This document shows positions 22,162 to 33,954 of a stretch of DNA of 64,000 bases, piece by piece. A model generated the notes under the pieces. That model saw nothing but the letters and a program-made list of their open reading frames with translations, was not told the DNA's origin and made no database searches. How positions within the stretch are numbered: the stretch's first letter is position 1; every line of letters starts with the position of its first letter. A program made the position numbers and the translations under genes. Location of the stretch: contig NIVC01001936.1 in NCBI GenBank assembly GCA_002269645.1, forward strand, positions 156,776 through 220,775, given 5' to 3'. This DNA is from Macrostomum lignano (taxonomy: Eukaryota).

Positions 22162-22510
22162 CTGTCTGTCTGTCAGTCTGTCAGCATGTCTGTCTGCTAT
22201 CTACTGCATCTATCTAATGAAATTTACAGAGGCCACAGTCATGCTGTGTGACTTATTACTGTATATTTATCTAGTGTCTGCCTGCCTGCCCGTCTGTCTG
22301 TCTGTCTCCCTGCCTGCCCGTCTGTCTGTCTGTCTGCCTCCCTGCCTGCCCGTCTGTCTGTCTATCTGTCTGTGTATCTGTCTGTGTGCCTGTCTGTCTT
22401 TCTGTCTCTGTCTGTGTATCTGTCTGTTTGTCTGTCTGTCTGTCTGTTTGCTGTCTGTCTGTCTGTCAGTCTGTCAGCATGTCTGTCTGCTATCTACTGC
22501 ATCTATCTAA
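21905..22510. repeat. (TGTC)n-rich low-complexity region with an internal block duplication
   Basis: TGTC/TGCC repeats; the block CTGTATATTTATCTAGTGTCTGCC occurs near 21912 and 22260. Confidence 0.9.
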
Positions 22511-22567
22511 TGAAATTTACAGAGGCCACAGTCATGCTTGCTGGTCTACTTCGCTGCACACCGAAGT

Positions 22568-23675
22568 TCATTCAAAAGCGAGCAGCCAAGGCCGCAGCCA
22601 GCACGCGGACAAGTCGATGCTCCTCAGCTCGAAGGCCGCCTTGAAGTGGTGTAGCGTCAGTTCAGCAAACCGCAGGCAGCCGTCGGCGATGCTGGCCAGG
22701 AAGGCGGCGGTCAGCTGCCCGGCGTGGCCGCACTCGGCCGCCGCAGGCCCATAGCATAGCAACCGGACTGGCGCAGCTCCGAGACTCTGCAGGTCAGCTA
22801 GGGGAGCTCCGAGACTCTGCAGGCCAGCTAGGGGAGCTCCGAGACTCTGCAGGTCAGCTAGGGGAGCTCCGAGACTCTGCAGGCCAGCTAGGGGAGCTCC
22901 GAGACTCTGCAGGTCAGCTAGGGGAGCTCCGAGACTCTGCAGGCCAGCTAGGGGAGCTCCGAGACTCTGCAGGTCAGCTAGGGGAGCTCCGAGACTCTGC
23001 AGGTCAGCTAGGGGAGCTCCGAGACTCTGCAGGTCAGCTAGGGGAGCTCCGAGACTCTGCAGGTCAGCTAGGGGAGCTCCGAGACTGCAGGTCAGCTAGG
23101 GGAGCTCCGAGACTCTGCAGGTCAGCTAGGGGAGCTCCGAGACTCTGCAGGTCAGCTAGGGGAGCTCCGAGACTCTGCAGGTCAGCTAGGGGAGCTCCGA
23201 GACTCTGCAGGTCAGCTAGGGGAGCTCCGAGACTCTGCAGGTCAGCTAGGGGAGCTCCGAGACTGCAGGTCAGCTAGGGGAGCTCCGAGACTCTGCAGGT
23301 CAGCTAGGGGAGCTCCGAGACTGCAGGTCAGCTAGGGGAGCTCCGAGACTCTGCAGGTCAGCTAGGGGAGCTCCGAGACTCTGCAGGCCAGCTAGGGGAG
23401 CTCCGAGACTCTGCAGGTCAGCTAGGGGAGCTCCGAGACTCTGCAGGTCAGCTAGGGGAGCTCCGAGACTCTGCAGGTCAGCTAGGGGAGCTCCGAGACT
23501 CTGCAGGTCAGCTAGGGGAGCTCCGAGACTCTGCAGGTCAGCTAGGGGAGCTCCGAGACTCTGCAGGTCAGCTAGGGGTGCTCCGAGACTGCAGGTCAGC
23601 TAGGGGAGCTCCGAGACTCTGGAGATCAACAGGCAGCGCAGGTTTGGCAGCCGAGCGAACAGAGTCGGCAGCACT
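22568..23675 (-). pseudogene. F-box/LRR last-exon pseudogene P4 with an internal 30-bp array
   Basis: VLPTLFARLPNLRCL before the array and [15 protein letters not shown]...AAFEL after it; the frame is broken by 28-bp units. Confidence 0.75.
22775..23620. repeat. 30-bp minisatellite, about 28 copies
   Basis: Unit CTCCGAGACTCTGCAGGTCAGCTAGGGGAG, with occasional 28-bp variants. Confidence 0.96.
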
Positions 23676-23889
23676 CTGTGCTGTTGTTTAGACTATAGTG
23701 AAATTGGTCCATTGTGTGATAGTTGAGGAATTAGCAACTAAATTCAGCCATTCTATTAACACTGTCCACTTGATTGATCCTCTATAATAATCTTGGCCTG
23801 ATGGCCTGACTAAGCAGCAATGGTTTTTCATTGGGATAACGAGCCTATTTATTCAATAGGAAACATGAGGAGTTTTCTGAAGAGATATT

Positions 23890-24135
23890 TAATCCATGTA
23901 CTTTCTTATCTGCCATACTTGCCAGATCTGGCTTCTGCAGACTTCTGCCTCTCCTAAAGTAAAAAGAGCTATCAGGCACCTAGTCTAGCTTGCTAGAAAC
24001 TCAATAAAAAAATGAGTCACAATAGGTTATGAGAAGTCTCCCAGCAGAAGCCTTTGTCTTGGCTTTCAGAAAGTTGATAGATCCTTGCAAAAATTGCATC
24101 AAAATTGGAGGGGACTATGTTGAAAAAGTATAAAA
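23890..24135 (+). mobile_element. Mariner transposase C-terminal remnant
   Basis: Translates to PYLPDLASADFCL (cf. PYSPDLAPxDF) and AFRKLIDPCKNCIKIGGDYVEKV*. Confidence 0.62.
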
Positions 24136-26408
24136 ATAAATTGTGTACCTGCTTAGGGAGCTGAGATAGGTCACTAACATTTGTTTTTGAAAATATCTCA
24201 TAGCATTCAATCATTCTTAGAGATCTAATCAAGAAGAGCAAATGACTTTCACACTAACTTATTCATGGGATTTTTCTCTTTATTAGTTACATTATTGGCA
24301 ATTACCTAGCACTGTCTAGGCCTACTATAGGCAAATCTATATACTGCACTAGTTTTCTACATTAGCAAAAATCATTTTACCTGACTAGGCCTTAGCATTC
24401 TAAAACAATATAAATTTTGAACATTTAGTTAATAATGTAGTTATGGTATATATTGTTGCTAATGCTACCTTTTGGCTGTTGTTTCATATTTTTAGACCTA
24501 GCTATCTTTTAAAAAATTTTAAAAATTCTTTAGAAATCTTAAATCTAGAAAAAATAGAGTCATAGACATAGGCCTAGTTATATTGGCATCTAGGCTTATA
24601 AGATAGACTAGACCAAAACATAGTCTATAGTATAGATCAAGGCTACCATAGGATAGGCCAATCGATAGGCTTATCATTTGCTTTAGGTAAAAATTCTCAT
24701 AGGCCTAACTAAGATGAAAAATGTGAAATACATTAGGCCTATATTTATTATATATTAGGCCTAAAGTTTAAAATGTTAGGAACTTTTAGATTAGGGCCTA
24801 CTTTTAGTGTTATTAGTATCATAATGTACTGTACAATAACAATAATAATAAACATAGCTCCTAGCCTCCAAAATTATTCTTTGGCTTGGTCTATGCTTTA
24901 ATATTTAGGAAATCATTCTTATAAGTTATAGAATCAAAGACTCAAAGTCTGTTAAAATAAAGCAATAAACTTGTTGAGGTTTCCTCTGTTTTCTATAGTT
25001 GAGTTGCATAACTAAGTCATATACAGTCTAGATCATGATCATTTTGAAGTATGGGCCCAAGTGATTGATGCTTGAATTAAACTTATCCAAGTCAGGAAGA
25101 GCGAGTTCACTTTTTACAGCTTCAAGCATGGCATGGGCCGCCAGTCACTTCGATAAACTACTATAAATTTATTGAAGCAAAATGATGCGGTGATGTTAAA
25201 CAAAAGCCAAAAGGAAATCAATTATTACAGAGTTTTGAAGCAGAGTAAATATTATTATTTCGAACTTTCTAATTTCTTTATAAAAATTTATATTTTAAAA
25301 TTTACTTTACAATTTACTTCTTTTCTATTTTGTGATAACTGGTGAATTTGAAGTGACAAACTTGAACGAAATTATTAAATTGCCTATGTATAAACTATGA
25401 TTAAGCACCATGACCATCCTTGATCATTTATTGACCCATGGGATAATCTAAGCTAAGCTTGGTGTGTAGGGCATAGGTATAAAGGCCTATATGCAGCTTA
25501 AGGCATTACAGCAGGTAAAAGTAATGTAATATTTAAATTACAGAAATTGCGATAGGGAATTACGGCCCTTTACAAACCTAATGGAGCGATTTTGAGATTT
25601 TAAATCTGCACTCGTACAACTCCTATTTACCTATCGCCGGTCAGAGTATACTTTCTCTAATAGTCGCAGGTACATGATCGAATAAACACGATTTTTAATA
25701 GATTCGATTGAGTGTTACTCAGACTTGATAATACTGCTGCTGACAGTAGATTTCGACTTGAATGTACTTTGATTATATAATTACACCGGATTCAGATAAA
25801 TTGATTCTTAGTTAACGCTTAATAATGCGAAGCAAATTGGAGCAATTTCGAGCACTGCCCCGACAAATCCTATCGTTTAGCACACCTGCGAAATGGCATG
25901 CAGAGTCTCCAAAGAGAGCACGTACTGACTTGGACAACAGTCGCCTATCTACATGTACGATCGAGAGACCTGCACCCTTGACCAGCGGTGCACCTCAAGA
26001 CGCGGAACGCAGAAAGCTGCCAGCTAACTGGCAAGCCGAATAATGAGGTCGGGCTCACTCAGTTGGAGCAATGAGAGTATAGTAGTATAGGTGTCGGATT
26101 TCCATCCTCTAAATACATGTAGTTATTAGTTTATTGTCTATTCGACAGTAGGGCTGTGTCACACTGCAATTAACCTTTATTTTTAGCAGCCAGGCCTCAC
26201 TCCTAAGTTTTTCGCCTCGCAATCGTCTGGTCAGCAATCATCCAAGCCAACCCCTTAAGCCGGGTGGCTGGCCAGCAGTCGGGAATCCCGATTGCACTGG
26301 ACGCGTGGCGCTCTCTGCAGGCCCGGTAGATTTCGCCTTGCAAGCCTCGCCACGTGCCCGGGGTCCAGCCCGGTTCTGATTGGCCAGCCGCGTAAGCCGG
26401 GTGAACTA

Positions 26409-27400
26409 TTGGGCTGTTAGGAAAGTTCGTGTCCGTTTTGGGTAAAATAGGTTGGAGCAAGTTTTCATAGGAATGCAGCAGTGTTACTCAGTAAAATGAT
26501 TGCCATCACAATCGATTGCCCTCTGCCAACGAGAGGGCAGACTTTGGATGCCAGCTCTGAAAGAATCCTTGGGCTGTGATGCAAAAAAGTTAGCAATGCA
26601 GTCCTTGACCCCTTTGTCATCTTCAAACGTTTTTTCCTTCAGATGATGGTGCAGCACTCGAAACAGATGATAGTCTGTAGGAGCCAGATTGAAGCTGTAA
26701 GGTGGGTGGGGCAGCACTTCCCAGCCCAGATCCAGCAGCTTTTGCCAAATCAAATTGGCGGTGTGCGGCCGAGAATTGTCGTGAAGGAAGCGAACATGCT
26801 GACGCCCTGGAGGCTGTGTGCGGAGGCAGTCGGCCACATTCTGCAGCTGGTTACAGTAGAGCTCGGCGGTGATGCTGGTGTTGGGCGGCAGCAGCTTAAA
26901 GTACACAACTCCTTCACTGTCCCACCAACAGCAGAGCATCACCTTCTTAGGGTGCAGTGGGCCGGGCCTTTGGCTCTGGCTGTGGCGGCTTGCCGGCATC
27001 GACCCACTGGCGCTTGCGGTGTATATTAACGTACATCACCCACTTCTCATAGCCAGTGAGTATGGAGGCCAGCCAGTCTGTTGTTCTCTTGTAGGAGAGC
27101 AGTGAAGTGCAAATGTCTGCTCGGCTTTGACGGTCCCTGTCAGTCAGGTCATGGGGGGGGGGTCCACTGTCCGAGCTTGCTTTTCTTGCCCGTGGCAGCC
27201 AGGTGTTCAGCGACTTGCACATGGGAGCACCCAAGAGTGGCTGCCAGCTCTCGAGTAGTCTGTGTGGATTGGCCTCCACAAGTGTCCGCAGCAGCTCAGT
27301 ATCTATCTCAGATGGGCGTCCAGGGCGAGTTCATCATGCAGCAAGGCTGTATAGTCGCGAAACTTGAGAAAAAGAACCAAGAATAGAATAACAAATAGCA
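26409..27400 (-). mobile_element. Degenerate mariner element
   Basis: PHDLT, LTGYEKW (TGDEKW), KKVMLCCWWD, FLHDNSRPH, HPPYSFNLAPTDYHLF; frameshift near 26990; one TIR-like end TA|TTGGGCTGTTAGGAAAGTTCGTGTCCG. Confidence 0.88.
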
Positions 27401-27837
27401 AATAAAATAATTATGACAAAATACTGTTCGCGTAAGATGCTCACATCACAGTAGATATATTACTAGGCCCTATTTGTGTTTTTGTTTTTTTTTATTTTGC
27501 GAAAGTTTGCTGTGGGTGGTGAAGCATGTTTTGCCGCTCCAGCCTCCTGCCCGCTCAGCTCAGCATTTGCCAACATGCAGCACCACCAAGGCGGCATCTT
27601 GCTGAAAACCAGCTAACGGCAAGACAATTCAGTTCAAAGAGGGCTGTACAAGGCTTTTCTGCCCAGGCTTCAGCCAGGTCACCTGGTCACCTTCACCTCA
27701 GTAATCTGGGAGCTTCTGGGAACTCCGTTTTTGTGCTATAATGGCATCCTGACTCATCCGTATTCTTAGAATCTAAATGTTGGATGCGATAATTATAACC
27801 TAGAAACCCGGCCAATCTGGGAGGTTCAATTCGCGAG

Positions 27838-29175
27838 CCGGAGATGATTCTGTCAGCATCCGGATTCAACGGCGAGCCGGCGATGATTCTGTCAGCATCC
27901 GGATTCAACGGCGAGCCGGCGATGATTCTGTCAGCATCCGGATTCAACGGCGAGCCGGCGATGATTCTGTCAGCATCCGGATTCAACGGCGAGCCGGCGA
28001 TGATTCTGTCAGCATCCGGATTCAACGGCGAGCCGGCGATGATTCTGTCAGCATCCGGATTCAACGGCGAGCCGGCGATGATTCTGTCAGCATCCGGATT
28101 CAACGGCGAGTCGGAGATGATTCTGTCAGCATCCGGATTCAACGGCGAGCCGGCGATGATTCTGTCAGCATCCGGATTCAACGGCGAGTCGGAGATGATT
28201 CTGTCAGCATCCAGGATTCAACGGCAAGCTGGCGATGATTCTGTCAGCATCCGGATTCAACGGCAAGCTGGCGATGATTCTGTCAGCATCCAGGATTCAG
28301 ATGATTCTGTCAGCATCCAGGATTCAGATGATTCTGTCAGCATCCGGATTCAACGGCAAGCTGGCGATGATTCTGTCAGCATCCAGGATTCAGATGATTC
28401 TGTCAGCATCCGGATTCAACGGCGAGCCGGCGATGATTCTGTCAGCATCCAGGATTCAGATGATTCTGTCAGCATCCGGATTCAACGGCGAGCCGGCGAT
28501 GATTCTGTCAGCATCCAGGATTCAGATGATTCTGTCAGCATCCAGGATTCAGATGATTCTGTCAGCATCCGGATTCAACGGCGAGCCGGCGATGATTCTG
28601 TCAGCATCCAGGATTCAGATGATTCTGTCAGCATCCGGATTCAACGGCGAGCCGGCGATGATTCTGTCAGCATCCAGGATTCAGATGATTCTGTCAGCAT
28701 CCAGGATTCAGATGATTCTGTCAGCATCCGGATTCAACGGCGAGCCGGCGATGATTCTGTCAGCATCCAGGATTCAGATGATTCTGTCAGCATCCGGATT
28801 CAACGGCGAGCCGGCGATGATTCTGTCAGCATCCAGGATTCAGATGATTCTGTCAGCATCCAGGATTCAGATGATTCTGTCAGCATCCGGATTCAACGGC
28901 GAGCCGGCGATGATTCTGTCAGCATCCGGGATTCAGATGATTCTGTCAGCATCCAGGATTCAGATGATTCTGTCAGCATCCGGATTCAACGGCGAGCCGG
29001 CGATGATTCTGTCAGCATCCGGGATTCAACGGCGAGCCGGCGATGATTCTGTCAGCATCCAGGATTCAGATGATTCTGTCAGCATCCGGATTCAACGGCG
29101 AGCCGGCGATGATTCTGTCAGCATCCGGGATTCAACGGCGAGCCGGCGATGATTCTGTCAGCATCCGGGATTCAA
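27838..29175. repeat. Composite minisatellite of 39/40-bp and 27-bp units
   Basis: Shared core GATGATTCTGTCAGCATCC(A)GGATTCA with or without ACGGCGAGCCGGC. Confidence 0.95.
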
Positions 29176-29914
29176 CGTCTTCTTGAAGCGCTCTTGGCGG
29201 CGCCGGCAGGCTCCCGAACGGGTTCGCTGTCTGCCGATGGCTTACGCAGAGGACGTGGGCCCACCGATCAGGCCTGCCGTCGAGGAGATCCAGCGCATCG
29301 GCCATTGGAGGAGTGACGTAATCGGTGTATTTGCTTGCGTGCCCATTTAGGCTCTGACCTTGCGTCTCGAGCGGTTTTGAGCAATTTTGTCTTGTTTTTT
29401 TCACGTCTCTCTGTTCAACTGTGCATTTTTCACTCTTGCCTAAAAGATGCCCTTTCGCCCTGTCTGCATTTCTTTTCTTTGGCGTTTGGGGGAGTTCGTG
29501 CTTGCTTGCGCCCCAGCTGCTTCGTCAATTGTCTCGTGCTTTCGCCTTCATCACCTCATCAATTCCCTGTCCTAAGCGCTACAGAGAGCGAGATTATCCA
29601 TGTATCCCGAGAAGGGTCTGCGTCAGCGCTTAGTCTTGCTAAGTGGGTTTGAATAGCAACAACTTACAATTTGCTCATAGATTCAGCCTTACTTAAATCT
29701 GCTTCTGAAGTATCTTTCCTACATACTACTACATGTACATGTTCGTACCGCATAACAGGGGCATAGCCAGGAAGAGGAGATTGGCAAGTGGGCTCAAAAA
29801 CCTCTTTACTGCAGCTGTGGCGCCCCTTGGTGATAACGCCCTTGGTGATGGCGCCCTTGGTGATGGCGCCCCTGGGTGCTGGCGCCCTTGGTGATGGCGC
29901 CCCTTTGGTGCTAA

Positions 29915-30280
29915 AGCTTCTCCTTCAGTGACATTTGCTTTCCATTCAGTGACATTTGCTTTCCATTCAGTGACATTTGCTTTCCATTCAGTGACATTTG
30001 CTTTCCCTTCAGTGACATTTGCTTTCCCTTCAGTGACATTTGCTTCTCCATCAGTGACATTTGCTTCTCCTTCAGTGACATTTGCTTCTCCTTCAGTGAC
30101 ATTTGCTTCTCCTTCAGTGACATTTGCTTCTCCTTCAGTGACTTTTGCTTCTCTTTCAGTGACATTTGCTTCTGTTTCAGTGACATTTGCTTCTCCTTCA
30201 GTGACATTTGCTTCTCCTTCAGTGACATTTGCTTCTGTTTCAGTGACATTTGCTTCTCCTTCAGTGACATTTGCTTCTCA
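29915..30280. repeat. 21-bp minisatellite, about 17 copies (KEKQMSL heptad on minus)
   Basis: Unit CAGTGACATTTGCTTCTCCTT. Confidence 0.93.
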
Positions 30281-30469
30281 GTCAGCAGTGCTCCTTAGAA
30301 ATAAAAGTCAAGATGTCGCTAAATCAACCCAACGATTTGGTGCAGATAAAAAATTTCTAACGTGAAGAAATAAGTCAGTAAGGCACTGAGTATATTTAGT
30401 ATAAAGATTCTTCTACAAGCCAAGATTTTTTGTTTGATAGAGATTTCTGCGTATAGAAAATATTTTTGC

Positions 30470-30850
30470 ACAGCCAATCAGTCACTGTCACAGCCAATCA
30501 GTCACTGTCACAGCCAATCAGTCACTGTCACAGCCAATCAGTCACTGTCACAGCCAATCAGTCACTGTCACAGCCAATCAGTCACTGTCACAGCCAATCA
30601 GTCACTGTCACAGCCAATCAGTCACTGTCACAGCCAATCAGTCACTGTCAGCCAATCAGTCACTGTCACAGCCAATCAGTCACTGTCACAGCCAATCAGT
30701 CACTGTCACAGCCAATCAGTCACTGTCAGCCAATCAGTCACTGTCACAGCCAATCAGTCACTGTCACTGTCACAACCACTCAGTCACTGTCACAACCACT
30801 CAGTCACTGTCACAGCCAATCAGTCACTGTCACTGTCACTGTCACTGTCA
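30470..30850. repeat. 20-bp minisatellite at the 3' end of P5
   Basis: Unit CAGCCAATCAGTCACTGTCA. Confidence 0.95.
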
Positions 30851-31404
30851 CTGCCAGTTTCCACTTCACAGCCGTCCTCCGCCAGAGCTGCCGTCTCCGA
30901 CCTCCACAAGCCGCTGAGGTTCACCCGCTGCCCGAAGGCCGCCTCGAGGCGCTCGTCTCTGGCGATGCAGTCGAAGCCGCAGAGATCCAGGTTGAGCAGC
31001 CACGGGCAGCCTCTGGCGATGCTGGCGACAGAGGCGGCGGTCAGCCGGTCGCATTTTGACAGGCTGAGCCGCCGCAGGCCCCTGGCGACCGGACTGGCGC
31101 ACAGGTCGGCCACCGCCTCTCTCCGTGAGCACGGACTTCCTGCAGCAGATGGCCCAGAACTCGTGCGGGTCGGGCATGGCAGCTCCGAGGCTCCGAAGGT
31201 CTCGCAGGTTCGCCCAGGCCTGGCGGGTCAGGCGGCCGCAGTCGTAGAGCTGGAGGCGGCGAAGGCGGGGCAGCCGGGAGAGCAGAGCCGGCAGCAGCTC
31301 GTCGTTGCAGCCTCCGAAAGCCAGGACGGTCAGCTGGGCTGCGGGCGAGGGTTGCAAAATGGGCGGCTTCGACACACACACTGATAGTGCCTTGAAAGGA
31401 CCTA

Positions 31405-31745
31405 TTTGTCTCATCTCCCCAAGCTCTCCCATCTCTCCAACCTCTCATCTACCCCAACCTCTCATCTCCTCCAACCTCTCATTTCCCCAACTTCTCATCT
31501 TCCCAACTTCTCATCTCCCCAACCTCTCATCTTCCCAACCTCTCATCTCCCCAACCTCATCTTCCCAACCTCTTATCTCCCCAGCCTCTCTCATCTCCCC
31601 AACCTCATCTCCCCAACCTCTCATCTCCCCTACCTCTCATCTCCCCAACCTCTCTCATCTCCAAAACATCTCATCTCCCCAACCTCTCATCTCTCCAACA
31701 TCTCATCTCCCCTAGCTCTCATCTCCCCAAGCTCTCATCCCCAAT
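31405..31745. repeat. Degenerate ~16-bp pyrimidine-rich minisatellite in a P5 intron
   Basis: Unit approximately CTCTCATCTCCCCAAC. Confidence 0.88.
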
Positions 31746-32199
31746 CCCAATCGCCTCCCGAGCTCAGGCAGCTCACCCGAGCAGGCACTCAGGCCGGTCA
31801 GCAGCCCGGTAGTTTTGCTGCAGGGGTGGCCGGCCAGCTGCAGCAGGCGCAGACTCAGCGGCAGCGCTCTGTCCAGGCCGTCACACAGCGCATCCTTCAG
31901 CTCCAGCTCCTGGAGGCCCTGCGACAGGCGGGAGACAACCAGGCGGCAGCCCGCGGCGTCCAGCGCACTGCAGGAGGTCAGCCGTAGCCGCCAGAGCAGC
32001 GGGCTACGGTCGAGCAGGGCCGCTTAGCTTCATGCACCAGGAACCGGCACGGGAGTGGAGGCGGCCGCCGCAGCCGTCTGCCAGCACAGCGGCCAGGCTG
32101 TCCGAAAATTTCTGGTTCATCGTCAGCTCGGACAGGCGGGGCAGCCGACGCAGCAGCTCGCGCAGTTCTTGTGAATGAGGAGACCAACAGCTTCGGCTT

Positions 32200-33285
32200 C
32201 AGGATGGGACTGGAGCTTCAGGATGGGACTGGAGCTTCAGGATGGAACTGGAGCTTCAGGATGGGACTGGAATTTCAATATGGGTGCTGGAGCTTCAGGT
32301 TGGGATTGGAAGCTTCAAGATGGGACTGGAAGCTTCAGGTTGGGACTGGAAGCTTCAGGATGGGACTGGAAGCTTCAGGATACGACTGGAAGCTTCAGGA
32401 TGGGACTGGAAGCTTCAGGGTGGGCCTGGAAGCTTCAGGATGGGACTGGAGCTTCAGGATGGGACTGGAAGCTTCAGGATGGGACTGGAAGCTTCAGGAT
32501 GGGACTGGAGCTTCAGGATGGGACTGGAGCTTCAGGATACGACTGGAAGCTTCAGGATGGGACTGGAGCTTCAGGATGGGACTGGAAGCTTCAGGATGGG
32601 ACTGGAGCTTCAGGATGGGATTGGAAGCTTCAGGATACGACTGGAAGCTTCAGGATGGGACTGGAAGCTTCAGGATGGGACTGGAATTTCAATATGGGAC
32701 TGGAAGCTTCAGGATGGGACTGGAAGCTTCAGGATGGGACTGGAAGCTTCAGGATGGGACTGGAAGCTTCAGGATGGGACTGGAGCTTCAGGATACGACT
32801 GGAAGCTTCAGGATGGGACTGGAGCTTCAGGATGGGACTGGAAGCTTCAGGATGGGACTGGAGCTTCAGGATGGGACTGGAAGCTTCAGGATACGACTGG
32901 AAGCTTCAGGATGGGACTGGAAGCTTCAGGATGGGACTGGAATTTCAATATGGGACTGGAAGCTTCAGGATGGGACTGGAAGCTTCAGGATGGGACTGGA
33001 ATTTCAATATGGGTGCTGGAGCTTCAGGATAGGACTGGAAGCTTCAAGATGGGACTGGAGCTTCAGGATAGGACTGGAAGCTTCAGGATGGGACTGGAAG
33101 CTTCAGGTTGGGACTGGAAGCTTCAGGATGGGACTGGAGCTTCAGGATGGGACTGGAGCTTCAGGATAGGACTGGAAGCTTCAAGATGGGACTGGAAGCT
33201 TCAGGTTGGGACTGGAAGCTTCAGGATGGGACTGGAGCTTCAGGATGGGACTGGAAGCTTCAGGATGGGACTGGAAGCTTCACTC
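32200..33285. repeat. 19/20-bp minisatellite with variant units
   Basis: Unit GCTTCAGGATGGGACTGGA(A), with ATTTCAATATGG and GATACGAC variants. Confidence 0.95.
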
Positions 33286-33954
33286 AGCTCACACTCAGCC
33301 CAGGTCCCACATCAGGTCACAGCTCACACTCAGCGCGGACTCCTAGGTCTCCCGCTCGTCTTCACCGGCCGCCTCAGCCGCCTCCAGCCGCAGAGACTTC
33401 GGCGCCGGACGCTCTTGACTCGCGCAGGCCTCCGCCATGGTGCGGCTGCAATGATGAAGCTGCTCTCCAGTCTCTGCGAGCTCAAAGCAGGAAATCAAAC
33501 ACAATTTCGAGCTTCGCCTGCTCTGAGAATAAAAAAACATGCAGGATCTTTGTTGTTCTCATAGGACACTCTGAGCAAGTTTATTTTATTGATAAAAAGT
33601 TCAACAACAAAAAACAGAGACTTGAAAGGCAGTCCGCAATGACAGTTTACATAAAAAATGTGACGAATAATGAAATTTTGATTGCGAGTCACCCTCATGA
33701 GTCACCCACTACCCACCTCATCAGTTACCCACAGCCCACCTCATCAGTCACCCACTGCCCACCTCATGAGTCACCCACTGCCCACCTCATCAGTCACCCA
33801 CTGCTCACTGTCGCTACAAATTAAAAATCTGAGCTTTGCAGAGTAAAATGAGCAGCAAAGCCAGGAAGCGGCAGCTCAGTGCCAACAATAGAATCATAAA
33901 AAACAGCCATATTGGAGCCGGCAAGCTGGTGAAGAAGTTGCTAACAAAATGAGT

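Larger units (their letters stand above)
30820..33438 (-). pseudogene. F-box/LRR pseudogene P5
   Basis: Exon 1 nearly identical to P1 exon 1 but with an in-frame TAG (33343); no F-box exon; degenerate LRR exon at about 31775-32170; last exon frameshifted near 31115. Confidence 0.78.

Noticed and set aside
27844-33564. Long repeat ORFs (27844-29046, 28235-29152, 30434-31384, 32171-33564) as genes
   Set aside because: They are open only because the repeat units lack stops; they occur in several frames with no unique domain.
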